Positions 63,468 through 64,000 of a DNA stretch of 64,000 nucleotides are shown piece by piece. Source of the DNA: Deltaproteobacteria bacterium (GTDB lineage: Bacteria > Myxococcota_A > UBA9042 > DTJE01). The stretch covers positions 24,898 to 88,897 of the forward strand of contig JAKPTZ010000115.1 in NCBI GenBank assembly GCA_029555025.1, given 5' to 3'. Position 1 is the stretch's first letter. Each line of letters opens with the position of its first letter. The notes beneath the pieces are model-generated. The model saw nothing but the letters and a program-made list of their open reading frames with translations, was not told the origin of the DNA and searched no databases. Both the position numbers and the translations under genes were made by a program.

Positions 63468-64000
63468 ATGGACAGAGTCCTGCCTTTCGAAGTGTCTCCG
63501 GCTTCCGCCCGTGTCGCGCTGACTTCACGTCATCGGCCACGCAACTGCGTCTGGGAACTGACCCTTGACTGCAACCTGAACTGCGTTCATTGCGGTTCGT
63601 CGGCCGGCAGGGCACGCCACGCCGAGCTTTCGACCGAAGAGGCCCTCGACGTGGTTCGGCAGCTTCGGGATCTGGGCTGCGAACTGGTGACGCTTTCCGG
63701 CGGCGAGCCGCTTCTGCGGCCTGACTGGTTTGAAATCGCCCGCGCGATTGCCGATTCCGGAATGTACGTCAACATGGTCACCAACGGCCTGCTGGTTGAC
63801 GACGAGGTCGCCGCGAAGATATCGCGTTCCGGGATGTGCAACGTTGGCGTAAGCATCGACGGGCCGCGTGACGTGCACGACAGGATCCGCGCCCCCGGAT
63901 CGTTCGACAAGTCGATGGCCGGCATCCGGACGCTGGTGAAAAACGGCGTCAGCGTCGGCGTGATGACCACAATCAACCGCTGGAACATGGCCAGGCTCGA
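63468..64000 (+). CDS. radical SAM protein (partial; 3' end beyond window; N-terminus of the type often followed by a SPASM domain, which is not visible here)
   Basis: My own translation from the ATG at 63468: MDRVLPFEVSPASARVALTSRHRPRNCVWELTLDCNLNCVHCGSSAG...LSGGEPLLRPDWFEIA...VSIDGPRDVHDRIR. Contains a CxxxCxxC cluster and a GGEP motif. Open to the window end, so it is not in the ORF track. Confidence 0.85.
   Translation, partial: MDRVLPFEVSPASARVALTSRHRPRNCVWELTLDCNLNCVHCGSSAGRARHAELSTEEALDVVRQLRDLGCELVTLSGGEPLLRPDWFEIARAIADSGMYVNMVTNGLLVDDEVAAKISRSGMCNVGVSIDGPRDVHDRIRAPGSFDKSMAGIRTLVKNGVSVGVMTTINRWNMARL

Overview
GC-rich bacterial chromosomal segment with about 44 protein-coding genes and 3 tRNAs. 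I recognised no rRNA, CRISPR array, transposase, integrase or phage structural gene. All calls rest on manual reading of the ORF translations and motifs; no database search was possible. Left part: recJ (partial), secF, secD, yajC and a divergent clpP. A long minus-strand gene string follows: rluD; then a four-gene cassette (orphan 287-aa protein, two paralogous BrxD-type P-loop ATPases, Lhr-like DEAH helicase); then a LonC-like protease, nadK and a GH4 hydrolase. Middle part: a TSP3/MopE/Kelch lipoprotein, ispG, a HAD hydrolase, a secreted protein, and an NFACT-N protein ending in seven near-identical 66-bp coding repeats. It continues with a PLP Cys/Met enzyme, a sigma-54 response regulator embedded in a tRNA-Gly/Lys/Glu cluster, an aldehyde dehydrogenase and a RelA-type synthetase. 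Next come a 910-aa Cys-rich-repeat lipoprotein, ldcA, a serine hydrolase, and a histidine kinase / response regulator / B12-radical-SAM operon. Right part: a CNNM/CorB-type protein, ugd, and a 1783-aa lipoprotein with Cys-rich repeats plus four lamin-tail-domain (LTD) modules. It ends with an outer-membrane-barrel candidate, an MMPL/RND exporter operon with three partners, two paralogous lipoproteins of unknown function and a partial radical SAM gene at the window edge. The repeat families and the sigma-54 activator suggest a Myxococcota/deltaproteobacterial-like lineage (inference only). Best candidate for an undescribed system: the cassette at 10693-15988. It is related to the BrxD/BrxHI accessory pair of type 2 BREX and to Shango, but lacks their signature partners and carries an extra Tudor-like domain and an orphan first gene.
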